A DNA stretch of 64,000 nucleotides from the human T2T-CHM13v2.0 reference genome, Homo sapiens: assembly GCF_009914755.1 (NCBI RefSeq), contig NC_060929.1; one strand, given 5' to 3'. Positions 1 through 13,745 of this stretch are shown piece after piece. Every line of letters begins with the position of its first letter. Position 1 is the first letter of the stretch. Position numbers and translations under genes: made by a program. The notes under the pieces were generated by a model. It was not told the origin of the DNA. It worked only from the letters and a program-made list of their open reading frames with translations, and made no database searches.

Positions 1-921
1 TTAGTGCTATAAATTTCCCTCTACACACTGCTTTAAATGTGTCCCAGATATTCTGGTATATTGTGTCTTTGTTCTCATTGGTTTCAAAGAACATCTTTTT
101 TCTGCCTTTTATTTATGCCTTTTTTTATTTTTGTTATGTACCCAGTAGTCGCTCAGAAGCAGGTTTTCAGTTTCCATGTAGTTGAGCAGTTTTGAGTGAG
201 TTTCTTAATCCTGAGATGTAGTTTGATTGCACTGTGGTCTGAGAGACAGTTTGTTATAATTTCTGTTCTTTTACATTTGCTGAGGAGTGTTTTACTTCCA
301 ACTATGTGGTCAGTTGTGGAGTAGGTGTGGTGTGGTGCTGAAAAGAATGTATATTCTGTTGATTTGGGGTGGAGAGTTCTGTAGATGTCTATTAGGTCTG
401 CTTGGTGCATAGCTGAGTTCAATTCCTGGATATCCTTGTTAACTTTCTGTCTCGTTGATCCATCTAATGTTGACAGTGGGGTGTTAAAGTCTCCCATTAT
501 TATTGTGTGGGAGTCTAAGTCTCTTCTAGGTCTCTAAGGACTTGCCTCATGAATCTGGGTACTCCTGTATTGGGTGAATACATATTTAGGATAGTTAGCT
601 CTTCTTGTTGAATTGATCCCTTTACCATTAGATAATGGCCTTCTTTGTCTCTTTTGATCTTTGTTGGTTTAAAGTCTGTTTTATCAGAGACTAGGATTGC
701 GACCCCTGCCTTTTTTTGTTTTCCATTTGTTTGGTAGGTCTTCCTCCATCCCTGTATTTTGAGCCTATGTGTGTCTCTGCATGTGAGGTGGGTTTCCTGA
801 ATACAGCACACTGGTGGGTCTTGACTCTTTATCCAATTTGCCAGTCTGTGTCTTTTAATTGGAGCATTAGCCCATTTACATTTAAGGTTAATATTGTTAC
901 GTGTGAATTTGATCCTGTCAT
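1..921 (-). pseudogene. L1 ORF2p N-terminal APE endonuclease domain, disrupted
   Basis: ATGACAGGATCAAATTCACAC at 921. Motifs CCIQETHL, GVAILVSDK, GDFNTPLS and SDHSAIKL are split over separate ORFs. Confidence 0.93.
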
Positions 922-984
922 TATGATGTTAGCTGGTTATTTTGCTCATAAGTTGATGCAGTTTCTTCCTAGCCTCGATGGTCT

Positions 985-1998
985 TTACAATTTGGCATGT
1001 TTTTTCAGTGGCTGGTACAAGTTGTTCCTTTCCATGTTTAGTGCTTCCTTCAGGAGCTCTTTTAGGGCAGGCCTGGTGGTGACAAAATCTCTCAGCATTT
1101 GCTTGTCTGTAAAGTATTTTATTTCTCCTTCACTTATGAAGCTTAGTTTGACTGGATATGAAATTCTGGGTTGAAAATTCTTTTCTTTAAGAAAGTTGAA
1201 TATTGGCCCCGACTCTTTTCTGGCTTGTAGAGTTTCTGTCGAGAGATCCTCTGTTAGTCTGATGGGCTTCCCTTTGTGGGTAACCCGACCTTTCTCTCTG
1301 GCTGCCCTTAACATTTTTTCCTTCATTTCAATTTTGGTGAATCTGACAATTATGTGTCTTGGAGTTGCTCTTCTTGAGGAGTATCTTTGTGGCATTCTCT
1401 GTATTTCCTGGATCTGAATGTTGGCCTGCCTTGCTAGATTGGGGAAGTTCTCCTGGATAATATCCTGCAGAGTGTTTTCCAACTTGGTTCCATTCTCCCC
1501 ATCACTTTCAGGTACACCAATCAGATGTAGATTTGGTCTTTTCACATAGTCCCATGTTTCTTGGAGGCTTTATTTGTTTCTTTTTATTCTTTTTTCTCTG
1601 AACTTCTCTTCTCGTTTCATTTCATTCATTTGATCTTCCATCACTGATACCCTTTCTTCCAGTTGATCAAATTGCTACTGAGGCTTGTGCATTCGCCACG
1701 TAGTTCTCATGCCGTGGTTTTCAGCTCCATCAGGTCCTGTAAGGACTTCTCTGCATTGGTTATTCTAGTTAGCCATTCATCTAATCTTTTTTCAAGGTTT
1801 TTAACTTCTTTGCCATGGGTTCGAACTTCCTCCTTTAGCTTGGAGTAGTTTGATTGTCTGAAGCCTTCTTCTCTCAACTCGTCAAAGTCATTATCCATCT
1901 AGCTTTGTTCCATTGCTGGTGAGGAGCTGCATTCCTTTGGAGGAGGAGAGGCACTCTGATTTTTAGTTTCCAGTTTTTCTGCTCTATTTTTTCCCCAT
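985..1998 (-). pseudogene. L1 ORF1p, disrupted
   Basis: ATG at 1998 (ATGGGGAAAAAA). Fragments MDNDFDELREEGFR... and KRPNLHLIGVPESDGENGTKLENTLQDIIQENFPNLARQ...KKHAKL; the frame is broken near the N-terminus. Confidence 0.93.
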
Positions 1999-2573
1999 CT
2001 TTGTGGTTTTATCTACCTTTGGTCTTTGATAATGGTGATGTACAGATGGGGTTTTGGTGTGGATGTCCTTTCTGTTTGTTAGCTTTCCTTCTAACAGTCA
2101 GGACCGTCAGCTGCAGGTCTGTTGGAGTTTGCTGGAGGTCCACTCCAGACCCTGTTTGCCTGGGTTTCAGCAGCGGAGGCTGCAGAACAGCGGATATTGG
2201 TGAACAGCAAATTTTGCTGCCTGATCATTCCTCTGGAAGTTTTGTCTCAGAGGAGTACCCGGCCATGTGAGGTGTCAGTCTGCCCCTACTGCAGGGTGCC
2301 TCCTAGTTAGGCTACTCGGGGGTCAGGGACCCACTTGAGGAGGCAGTCTGTCCATTCTCAGATCTCCAGCTATGTGCTGGGAAAACCACTGCTCTCTTCA
2401 AAGCTGTCAGACAGGGACATTTAAGTCTGCAGAGGTTTCTGTTGCCTTTTGTTTTGCTATGCCCTGCCCCCATACATGGAGTCTACAGAGGCAGGCAGGC
2501 CTCCTTGAGCTGCGGTAGGCTCCACGCAGTTTGAGCTTCCAGGCTGCTTTGTTTACCTACTCAAGCCTCAGCA

Positions 2574-2837
2574 ATGGCGGGTGCCCTTCCCTGAGCCTAG
2601 CTGCTGCCTTGCAGTTTGATCTCAGACTGCTGTGCTAGCAATGAGTGAGGCTCCATGGGCATAGGAACCTATGAGCCATGCGCAGGATATAATCTCCTGG
2701 TGTGCCATTTGCTAAGATCATTGGAAAAGCACAGTATTAGGGTGGGAGTGACCCGATTTTCCAGGTGCCATCTGTCACCCATTTCTTTGACTAGGAAAGG
2801 GAATTCCCTGACCCCTTGCACTTCCCAGTTGAGGTGA
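2574..2837 (+). pseudogene. L1 ORF0 homolog in the antisense 5'UTR, premature stop
   Basis: ATGGCGGGTGCCCTTCCCTGA (MAGALP*). The in-frame downstream ORF 2655-2837 contains the ORF0 peptide IRVGVTRFSRC. Confidence 0.8.
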
Positions 2838-3284
2838 TGCCTCGCCTTGCTTCAGCTCATGCTCAGTGCACTGCAGCCACTGTCCTGCACCCACTGTCCG
2901 ACACTCCCCAGTGAGATGAACCTGGTACCTCAGTTGGAAATGCAGAAATCACCTGTCTTCTGTGTCGCTCATGCTGGGAGCTGTAGACTGGAGCTGTTCC
3001 TATTCAGCCATCTTTAAAGTTCCGGGTCTTTTTTTTTTGAGAGGCTTCATCAATGTTTAATATCTCTGTGCATTAGTACCGCATGTACTGTATTTAGTCT
3101 TAGTGAGATATTCTGTATTAACTTGATGTCCATTGATTTTTGAAAGAGCCTTTGGTAGTGTTTTAATTACTGATTGTGAGATTAAACCCTGATTAACAAA
3201 ATAATGTTCTAAAAATTAGAGAGATAATGTCATTGGTTATTAGGCATTTGGAAAGAGCCCATAAAATATATAAGAAAACTGTTT

Positions 3285-4664
<1,380 letters not shown>

Positions 4665-5146
4665 GAGGGATGGTATATACTTGTAGGTAGAAGACTAGGG
4701 TGAGGAATGGAAGTTGGAGACTTCCGTTCCATTAACATAGAAAGTAATCTAGGGATATAATAATGGACTGTTTAGGGGTATAGTACAATGGCCAAACCCT
4801 GAATAAAGAATATGCTATAGGTTTGCTAATTTTGCTTATTCAGGGTATTTCCAAATTATCGAATTTTTGTTTGTTCTTTTTCTATAAGTGAAAGTAGACA
4901 TCAAAATGTTTCTGATGTTTGCAGGTGTGTTTCCTTACTACTGTGCTCCCTAACTCTGGCGACCTCTTTGACCCAGCCATCATCCAAAAGCATGTTTAAG
5001 GCCATAATTAGGGTAACTAATGTTAAGAATAAATATTCTTTCATTAAGAAACATTATTTAACTCATTTTCCTTATGTATCACTTAATATTATTAAGTGAC
5101 CAATTAGTTTTTAATTATTTCAAATAAAATCTAAAAAAAAAAAAAA
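4665..5146 (+). other. L1-mediated 3' transduced sequence with second poly(A) tail
   Basis: Non-L1 sequence between the L1 tail and AATAAA (5123-5128) plus A14 (5133-5146). TSD AAGAAAACTGTTTGT at 3272-3286 and 5145-5159 brackets both the L1 and this tract. Confidence 0.88.
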
Positions 5147-6134
5147 GAAAACTGTTTGTGTTTAATGAATACTGGAAAAATAATTTAAGGTCCACTTTTC
5201 AGATATCAATTAGTTGTAAATTTTAAACATATATTTTAAATATTTAGTAACTAGGAAAATCACTTACTTTTGTGATGGGGGATTATGTAAGAAGTCCCAT
5301 AGCTAATAGAAAAATTGGGAAAGAATGTAAGTAAGAACATGGATGGGGAGAAATACAAAAACGATCATTACAATTTGTTGCTAGACTTCTTATATCACAC
5401 ACATCATTACGTTAATCCTCCTGGCAGGTGTTACCCTAAACAGTGGAAACAAATTACTCAGTAGGGAGGCAGAGCATTGGCCTCTAAACTTATTTATAAA
5501 ATCTTATGAGGTATCTTCTGAAAGCAGAACTTGGTCTCTAATGAACATATGAGAGACAAGTGCCTATTAAATGGAAAATATAGCCATTTGGAGGGACATT
5601 TGCTTTAACACACTGCTTCTTATCTTGGATGCAAATGTAACTGCCACCTTTAATTTTTACATTCTCCAGTGAGAGTATGGAGGATTAAAGGGTTTGTATG
5701 TTCTCCAATGCTGCACTGCAAAGTAATATGGTCCCAGTGATGTATCCTAATAACTGAACAGCCTAATTCTTTTGCAGATTGGAGGGCTTGAGAGTGTCTT
5801 CTCCATCCTGGGCATTATTTTCCTCAACTATATACAATGAATAATTTGAACATGACGAACTTTAAGGCTCTCAACAACCCTAAATTTGGAGACACAATGG
5901 TTAATGTTTTCATTAACAGGTGGTTATTCTGTTGCTCTTCTTATAATAAACTCTTTCAAATAAATTTCAGACCCTTTTTGTAACAAATAAATGGACTTGA
6001 GGCAGATCTGAAAATGTGGAAAGATTAATGTGTATATGCAAAATAAAATATGACAAGGCAAACTGTGCTGAGGACGATGATGAACTTATGAGGGATCTGC
6101 CAACGGGTACAAATGATGGTAAAGATGATTAACA

Positions 6135-6365
6135 GTTGCTGAAAGTTTATTATGTTCTGGGCTTTGCTCTTAGTAGTCTGGAAACATTATTTCAATTAAT
6201 TTACAAGACAATCCTAAGAGACTAACCTTATAACCACCCTCATATTACAGATGAGGAAACTAAAAGACAGAGAAATAGATAATTGTCTTAAAATTGCCTA
6301 GCTACTGGTGGCAGAGCCTAGATTTTTATCCTGAGAATTTAGCTTCAAATACTTCGCTCTTCACC
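6135..6365 (-). mobile_element. MIR SINE relic
   Basis: Core TTACAGATGAGGAAACTAA...GCTACTGGTGGCAGAGCC matches the reverse MIR core. Confidence 0.7.
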
Positions 6366-7327
6366 AGACCAATTTTCTTTCTCTTCGAAAGTGAGTGGTA
6401 TGCAACAATGTAAGGGTATTTATGGTGTTAAGAGGATATTATGGAACATAGTTACTACCTCTACAGGGCTGTCAAGAGAAAGACACACAGACAATGGCAG
6501 ACATAAAGCAAGTATCTCTCTGTTGTGTAGTAGTCTTGGAAACCCATCAGTGATGCAAGGAAGCTCCTATAAACTGGGGACGGAACACATGCCTCGGGAT
6601 AGAGGTCTAAGAACCTCCCACTACTTCTAAACCAGCCACTGCAGACCTGCCAACTCAAGTCCGTAATCTAAAATTATACAAGCAAAGGCTCAAAACAAAG
6701 GAGAAGTGGATCCTGAAGTAGGTTCAGCCATTTCCAAGACTCCTCTTGCTATAAAAATAGAAAGCAAAAAGAGGGGAGTATAGAGACATTTCTTTGGAAG
6801 TAATACTACCCTTGGCAAAAGTTGCTCAATCCGTATCCTAGAATCTGGTCAATCAGATTTACATATTTTCCTGGGTTAGGTTGCAAGATGAAAGAATGGG
6901 GTAGGAGGAAAACAGACTTTTCTAGAGGTCTGCAGATCCCAATCCATTGGGAAAATCAAGAAAAGCTTCTTGTTGGAAATAAAGTTTGAAGTCAGTTCAG
7001 GATTTGTATAGTTTGAGATGACAGGTGAATATTCCAAGTAGAAATGGCAATGTACAAAGATAAAGAAACACTGCAAGGCAAATAAGAAGAATAGAGAGTA
7101 CACATAGGGTAGTACTGCAAGACAAGATAGAAAGCAAAAGAGAACAGAGCCTCATTAAAGAGGAGTGGGGTAAGTAAATGACTACACAAGATTTACCTCT
7201 ATAAATCTAATTGGACGTTTGTTAAAAAAAAAAAAAAAGTAGAGCCTAGAGCCTGTGATTTGGAGAACAACAGCGTTATCAGATTTCCCTATTTCACTCT
7301 ATTTGACCACATTATATACATAGTGAG

Positions 7328-10059
7328 TGATATGGTTTGCATCTCTGTCTCCACCCAAATGTCATGTTGAAATGTAATCCTCAATGCTGGAGGTGGGGCC
7401 TGACTGGAGGTGATTGGATCAAGGGGTTGTTTCTGATGGTTTAATACAGTCCCCCTAGTGCTATTCTCATGATAGAGTTCTCACAAGATCTGGTCAATTA
7501 AAAGTGTGTGGTGCCTCCCCTCCTCTCTCGGTCTTGCTCCTGTCACATAAGATGCCTGTTCCTACTTTGCCTTCCACCATAAGTAAAAGCTCCTTAAGGC
7601 CTCCCCAGAAGCAGATGCTGCTATGCTTCCTGTACAGCTTGCAGAACTGTGAGCAAATTAAACCTATTATCTTTGTGAATTACCCAGTCTCTGGTATTTC
7701 TTTATAGCAGTGAGAGAATGGACTAATACAGAAAACTGGTACTGAGGAGTGGGGCACTGTTATAAAGATACCTAAAAATTTGGAAGTAATGTTGCAACTG
7801 GGTAATGTGCACAGGTTGGAATAGTTTGGAGGGCTCAGAAGAAGACAGTAAGATGAGGGAAAATTTGGAACTTCCTAGAGACTTGTTAAATTGTTGACCA
7901 AAATGCTGATAGTAATATAGACAGTGAAGGCTAGGCTGAGGAGGTCTCAGATGGAAATGAGAAACTTACTGGGAATTGAAACAGAGGTCACCTTTGTTAT
8001 GTGTCAGCAAAGAAGTTGGCTTCATTGTGTTCCTGCCCTAGAGATCTGTGGAGCTTTGTACTTGAGAGAGATTACTTATGAAAGGGGTTTGCAGCCCCAA
8101 GGCCACAGACAGGTACCCATCCATGGCTTGTTAGGAACCAGGCCACACAGCAGGAGGGGAGCAGCAGGAGAATAAGGATTACCAGCTGAGCTCTGCCTCC
8201 TGTCAGATTAGTGGCAGCATTAGATTCTCAGAGGAACACAGACCCTATTGTGAACTACGCATACAAGGGATCCAGGTTGCACACTCCTTAAAAGAATATA
8301 ACACCTGATGATCTGAAGTGGGATGGTTTTATCCCCAAACCATCACCCCCGCACCATGGTCCATGCAAAAATTGTCTTTCATGAAACTGGTCCCTAGTGC
8401 CAAAAAGGTTGGGGACCGCTGACTTAGGGTATCTGGTGGAAAAAAATTTCTAAGCAACAAAGTGTTAAAAATATGATCTGGCTGCTGCTTTTAGCAACCT
8501 GTGCTTGTAAGCATGAGCAAAGAAATGACCTGAAACTGGAGCTTATATTTAAAAGGCAAACAGAATGTAAAAGTTTGGAAAATTTGTAGCCTGGTCATGT
8601 AGTAGGAAAGAAAAGCATATTTTCAGGGGAGAAATTCAAGCAGCCTGCAGAAATTTGAGTATGTAAAAAGGATGCAAGTGGTAATGGCCAAGACAATGAG
8701 GAAAAGGCCCTGAAGGTATTTCAGAGACCTTCCTGGCAGCCCTTCCCATCTCAGACCCAGAGGCCTAGGAGGGAAGAATGGTTTCATGGACCAGATCCAG
8801 GGCTCCACAGCCCTGTGCAGCCTCAGGACACTGCTTCCTGTATCCCAGCCATTCCAGCTCTAGCCTTGGCTAAAAGGGGTCCAGGCACAGCTTGGGCCCC
8901 TGCTTCAGAGAGTGCAAGCCATAAACCTCAGTGGCTTCCATGTGGTGTTAAGCCTGTGGGTATGCAGAGTACAAGAATTAAGGCTTGGGAGCCTCTGCCC
9001 AGGTTTTACAAGATGTATGGAAAAGCCAGGATGTCCAGACAGAAGCCTGCTGCAGGGGTGGAGCCCTCATGGAGAACCCCTACTGGAGGCTTGGAGCCCT
9101 CCACAGAGTCCCCATGGGGGATCTGCCTAGTGGAACTGTGAGAAGGCCACTGTCTTCCAGACCCCAAATGGTAGCTCTACTGACAGCCTGCACCCTGTGA
9201 CTGGAAAAGCCACAGGCCCTCAATGACAGCCTGAGAAAGAAGCTGAGGGGGCTGTATCCTAAAGAGCCACAGAGATGCCCTAGGCTTTGGGAGCACGCCC
9301 CTTACACCAGTGTGCCCTGGATGTGAGACATGGAGTCAAGGAAGATTATTTTGGATATTTAAGATTTAATGACTTCTATGCTGGGTTTTGAATGTGTGAG
9401 GGGGACTTTAGTCCCTTTTATTTGGCCAATGTCTCCCTGTTGGAATGGGAATATTTACTGAATGCCTGTACCCCATTGTACCTTGGAAGTAAATAACTTG
9501 TTTTTGATTTTACAGGCTCATAGGCAGAAGGGACTAGCCTTGTCTCAGAAGAGACTTTGAGCATTTGAGTTAATGCTGGAATGACTTAAGACTTTGGGGG
9601 ACTGTTAGGATGTCATGATTGTATTTTGAAACATAAGAACATGAGATTTGGGAGAGGCCAGGGGAGGAATGATATGGTTTAGATCTGTGTACCCACCCAA
9701 ATCTCATGTTGAAATGTAATCCCCAATGCTGGAGATGGAGGCTGATGGGAGGTGATTGGATCATGCGGGCAGATTTTGGTTTAGCACCATCCCCCTAGTG
9801 CTCTTCTTCTCAGGAGTTTGGGTCTTTTAAAAGTGTGTGGTACCTTCCCACCTCTCCTGGTCTTGCTCCTGCCATGTAAGATGCTTGCTCCTACTTTGCC
9901 TTCTGCCATAAGTAAAATCTTCCTGAAGTGTTCCTAAAAAGAGATGTCAGCATACCTCTTGTATAGCCTGTGATACTGTGAGCCAATTTGACCTCTTATT
10001 ATTATAAATTACCCAGTCTCAGGTGTTTCTTTATAGTAGTGTGAGAATGAACTAATGCA
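7328..10059 (+). mobile_element. MSTA/MSTB MaLR provirus (LTR-int-LTR)
   Basis: LTRs at 7328-7730 and 9670-10059 (TGATATGGTTT...ACTAATA/GCA), about 1.6 kb of MST internal sequence, polypurine tract before the 3' LTR, 5-bp TSD GTGAG/GAGAG. Confidence 0.92.
8082..8421 (+). mobile_element. MER1B hAT-Charlie MITE nested in MST-int
   Basis: TGTTAGGAACCAGGCCACACAGCAGGAGG...CCAAAAAGGTTGGGGACCGCTG; degenerate 8-bp TSD ACTTATGA/ACTTAGGG. Confidence 0.9.
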
Positions 10060-10831
10060 GAGAGGATAGAGTGAACCTAACTGCTTTGAGGCATCCCTAT
10101 AGCTGACCCTAAAAGTTGTGCTCTTGTCCCATGCAGTAGCTCTCCCTTCATTCTGCCCTTTTTTCAAGTGAGAAGACATCCCAAAGAATCAAGCAGAATC
10201 TGCCTCCCTCTTTTTACTCCCTAATCATATACTGGTTTATTAAGAAGCTGTTCTCTGGGTGCTTGTCTTGTTTCCTTAGGCCTGAATAATCAATTGCTGC
10301 CTCAGGGTGGTTCAAACAGCAGTCCCTAAAGTACCAACAATTTATCATCTCTTTCCCCAGCAAGCAAGAACCAGAATAAAACAAATATGTGTTATTCTCC
10401 ACTCTAATGAGCAGCAGGGACAGCCCAGTGTTTCCACAGGAAGGAGCAATTAAACAGAATGATTGGCAAGATAGCATTTCAAAAGTCAAATGGGGGATTT
10501 GGAGGATCTCCATTATCAGTCAGTAGTCAGCAGTTTAAGGAGAGGCTGGAATTCCCAACTAAGGCAGAACAGTTATTGTGTACACAAAAGACAGGAACAA
10601 GAAACATGCTATTTCCTCTGATCACTCCTTACCTAGGTGTCTGCATGATCTCTATATACCAATCTTTGCAATAAGAGTAGTGATGAGAGGCATATCTTTG
10701 GTTTTTTCAACCCAAGAGAATTAGAGAGATTAACAAATGTGTGATGTTAGAGCCAGGTGACACAGAAGGAGTTAGGGTACCAGAGGTAGGCCTCCTGGAC
10801 TAGAATTTAAAATCCACTACTTGGCAGAAAT

Positions 10832-11266
10832 CAGGGCTCTCAAAGTGGCAACTTATAGGCCAAATGCAGCCTGAAGGTATAAGTCATTTAAATCACATAG
10901 AAGTTTCAAAAAAAAAAGTTGCATTAGATGCCAACATTTAAATATTGGGAAATTTTGCATACTAATCTAGTTTTCCAGCTTTTTTAAAGCAATTGTCTGG
11001 AGTCAAGTACAATCTTCTGAATTCTTTTTCCATGGTCCTCACCATTTCTATTGTTCTCCAACAACAAGGCAAGGTCATTTGCATTTATTATGCTTGTATT
11101 GGGCTTTCTTTCCCTTCACAGCTGAGAACTTTTCTCTATCCTCTTATCTTTAATAAAATGTGGAAAAATGAAAGACCAAAGGGGCTTTTTTTTCTTTTTT
11201 TTTTTTACCTGACTCATTTACATGATCTGACTGGCCCCTGTAGGCATTAGAGCTTGCATCGTCCTG
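10832..11266 (+). mobile_element. hAT-Charlie element (MER102/Charlie4-like)
   Basis: CAGGG...CCTG ends; TGCCAACATTTAAA, GGAAAAATGAAAGA, CTCATTTAC...GGCCCCTGTAGGCATT. Confidence 0.65.
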
Positions 11267-11274
11267 TTTTAGAA

Positions 11275-11470
11275 ATAGCTTACATTATTAAACACTTGGT
11301 ATGTGCCAGGGATTCTTCTGCATATATTAACTCACTCAGAAAGTACATAGCCACTATATAGCATTATTATCTTTATTTTCTAGATGGAGAAACCATCTAG
11401 TAACTTGACCAAGGTCACACAGCTATTGTGAGCCTGGCTCCAGAATCTAGTCACGACCTCTTTAGTATAC
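11275..11470 (-). mobile_element. MIR relic
   Basis: AGTAACTTGACCAAGGTCACACAGCTA...CTGGCTCCAGA. Confidence 0.65.
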
Positions 11471-13384
11471 TGCTTTTATCACAGTAACCCAATGGGAACA
11501 GAAAAAGCCATAATAAACATTGGGAATATCCTGTCATTAGAAAGCAGTACAGCTCATTCACATGATGGAATATGTAGGTCCCCCTAACATTATTAAACAG
11601 CTTATGGAAAGAAAGGCAATCTTAGCACAAACAGGAAAATAGAAGAAGATACAGGTAATTATTACCTTTTTCCTGAGCTCTAAAGTTATAGCTCATTTGT
11701 AGCCTATTATTTATGCTCAATTGCCCAATTTTGCATAATAAACTTTACTATTATCATCAGACAAAATAAGTTTCATTGAAGAAAATATTGTTGTTGCTCT
11801 CTCTCAGGACATTAATTTCTCCATGTTTTTCCATCCTGAGCATGCTAGAAACTAACTGAGATGAAGAGGTCAACCCATAGGCCTCTGCAAAAGTTGCTCA
11901 GATCGCAGGATTCTTTTTTTTTCTTCTTTGGTTGCAAATGGGTTAGAGGAAGAAGAACTGGAGGTACGACTTTATCAGTAATACAGAGGACTCAGACCCT
12001 GAATTATGGTGATGATTATCTAAAAAACAAAGTGCTAGAAGAAACCCATATATCTGGATGTGTGATAATACCTGGCCTCTTTCTCTAGCACAAATAATTT
12101 TGACCACTCAATCTACTACTGAACAATGAAAAGACCTTTCTTTGGGTATTTAGGACCTTCCTGGGAAATGGTCTCCAAACTCATTTACAGAAAACAGATT
12201 TTACAGATCTCATTCTCAGAAGTTTCTCAAACAACCCAGAAATGACTGTATTGTTCTCTCCAATTCTATACTCTTTGCTCCACTCTTCCTGCCAAATTTT
12301 ACCCTATAATATACTATATGCTCCAAGTCTGACCCTTTAGTGTCAAGTCTTACATCTGTTAAATATGTAATAGAATACACTTGTGAAGGAGAAGGAGGAA
12401 AATATTGACTGCACTTTGTAAGAAGAGAAAACACTTTCCCCACATCTTTGCCTTTAATAAGAGTGATCCTGCAATTTTGTGACCAGAAAAGAGACTAGAG
12501 GTTTCTGGGCTCTGGTAGAGCTACAAATCTTAGACGATACTTAATTATTGGAAGTGTTTGGAGTTGAAATTTTTAATGCAAAATAAATCATGTTACTTCA
12601 TGGGAGATGATAAAAGAAAATATAAATGAGAATGGTCGAATGTAAGATGTGGGCATACATGATCCTGAATTGGGACAAATTAAGAAATGCTATCTAAATT
12701 TAAAGACTATTCTAAAGAAAAGGAGGGGAAAATGAGTTAAAAAGTAATCTGGATATATTGAGATTAATAAAAATTTATAAGAAACGAACAAGCAGTGAAG
12801 AATATCACACCTCCTACCTTTGAAGAATGAAATCATTTGACTTGAAACTTCCTCCATGAAGCCTCCCAGAACCACACATTTAGACTTTGTTTTCTGTGAT
12901 TCTAAAGACCTTTTGTAAATCTGTAATAATATATCTATTATGTGCACTTATCTATCTCCGCTATTAGCTTGTAAGCTCCATGATTCTATTATAGCATGTG
13001 TATCTTCAAAAGTGACATATGCCACAAACTGAGAGATTAAAGAAAGAGTGAAGATGTGAGTCTGTGCTTTTGAAAACTGCTGGATTGAAGGAAACAACAA
13101 AATTATCTGTCACCTCCAGATGTCCAAGCAGTTCTTAAATGCTCACTTGGCAGGGTAGCGTAGGAAGGGAATTGTGCACAGGAAGATGACTGCTTGGAGG
13201 ATGCTGACCTTCTGACTGTGACTGTGTATCATCTCTCTGCCAGCTGCATCTTGCTCCACCGGCAGGATGCTTGTTTGCAGTAGGCTACTAACTATCACGC
13301 CAGCCTTGTCACTCACTTATTGCTTATGTTCACATATTTTGCTCTGGGCACCTGGCCTTTGTTCTGCATTTCTATCACCCCAAG

Positions 13385-13745
13385 GCTGTTTCCATCTCAG
13401 CACACTTCAATTTGCTGCTCCCTCTACCTGGGAAACATGTTCCAAGATCTTTGCATGTTAGGACTCAGTTCTTATTCGGGTTTCAGCTCTGATGTCACTT
13501 TCTCAAAGAAGCCACCTCTCACCACCCTGCAAAGTTAGTACTCGCTCCCATGGTATCGTGCTTCACATTGCTGCTTTTGTCTTCATAGCACTCAGCACTA
13601 CCAGAAATTCACTTATTTGTTTCCTCATTTATCGTATACTTCCCCACTGAATGTAAGCTCCAAGAGAACGTGCTTGTTCTGTTCCTGGCCAGCATCAATG
13701 CTAGTGCCTGGAAGACAGAAAGCACTCGATAAATGTTTATGTAAC
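13385..13745 (+). mobile_element. L2 3' fragment
   Basis: GAATGTAAGCTCCAAGAG...AGTGCCTGGAAGACAGAAAGCACTCGATAAATGTTT, typical L2 3' end. Confidence 0.7.

Larger units (their letters stand above)
1..3015 (-). mobile_element. LINE-1 (L1PA4-6 type), 5' half of a full-length element that runs off the left edge
   Basis: Minus strand begins AAGATGGCTGAATAGGAACAGCTCCAGTCTACAGCTCCC (L1PA 5' end with YY1 core). The 5'UTR is about 1.02 kb, longer than the ~0.9 kb L1HS UTR, consistent with retention of the 129-bp segment lost during L1PA3. ORF1 and ORF2 endonuclease peptides appear in the ORF track. Confidence 0.95.

Noticed and set aside
716-1174. 152-aa plus-strand ORF
   Set aside because: Antisense frame of L1 ORF1/ORF2, common to many L1 copies.
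3016-3038. Poly(T) next to the L1 5' end as a separate retro-tail
   Set aside because: More simply the A-rich target site/TSD of the minus-strand L1; the matching copy would be outside the window and cannot be checked.
8815-9200. Overlapping ORFs in MST-int
   Set aside because: Fragments of decayed MaLR internal sequence; no continuous frame.
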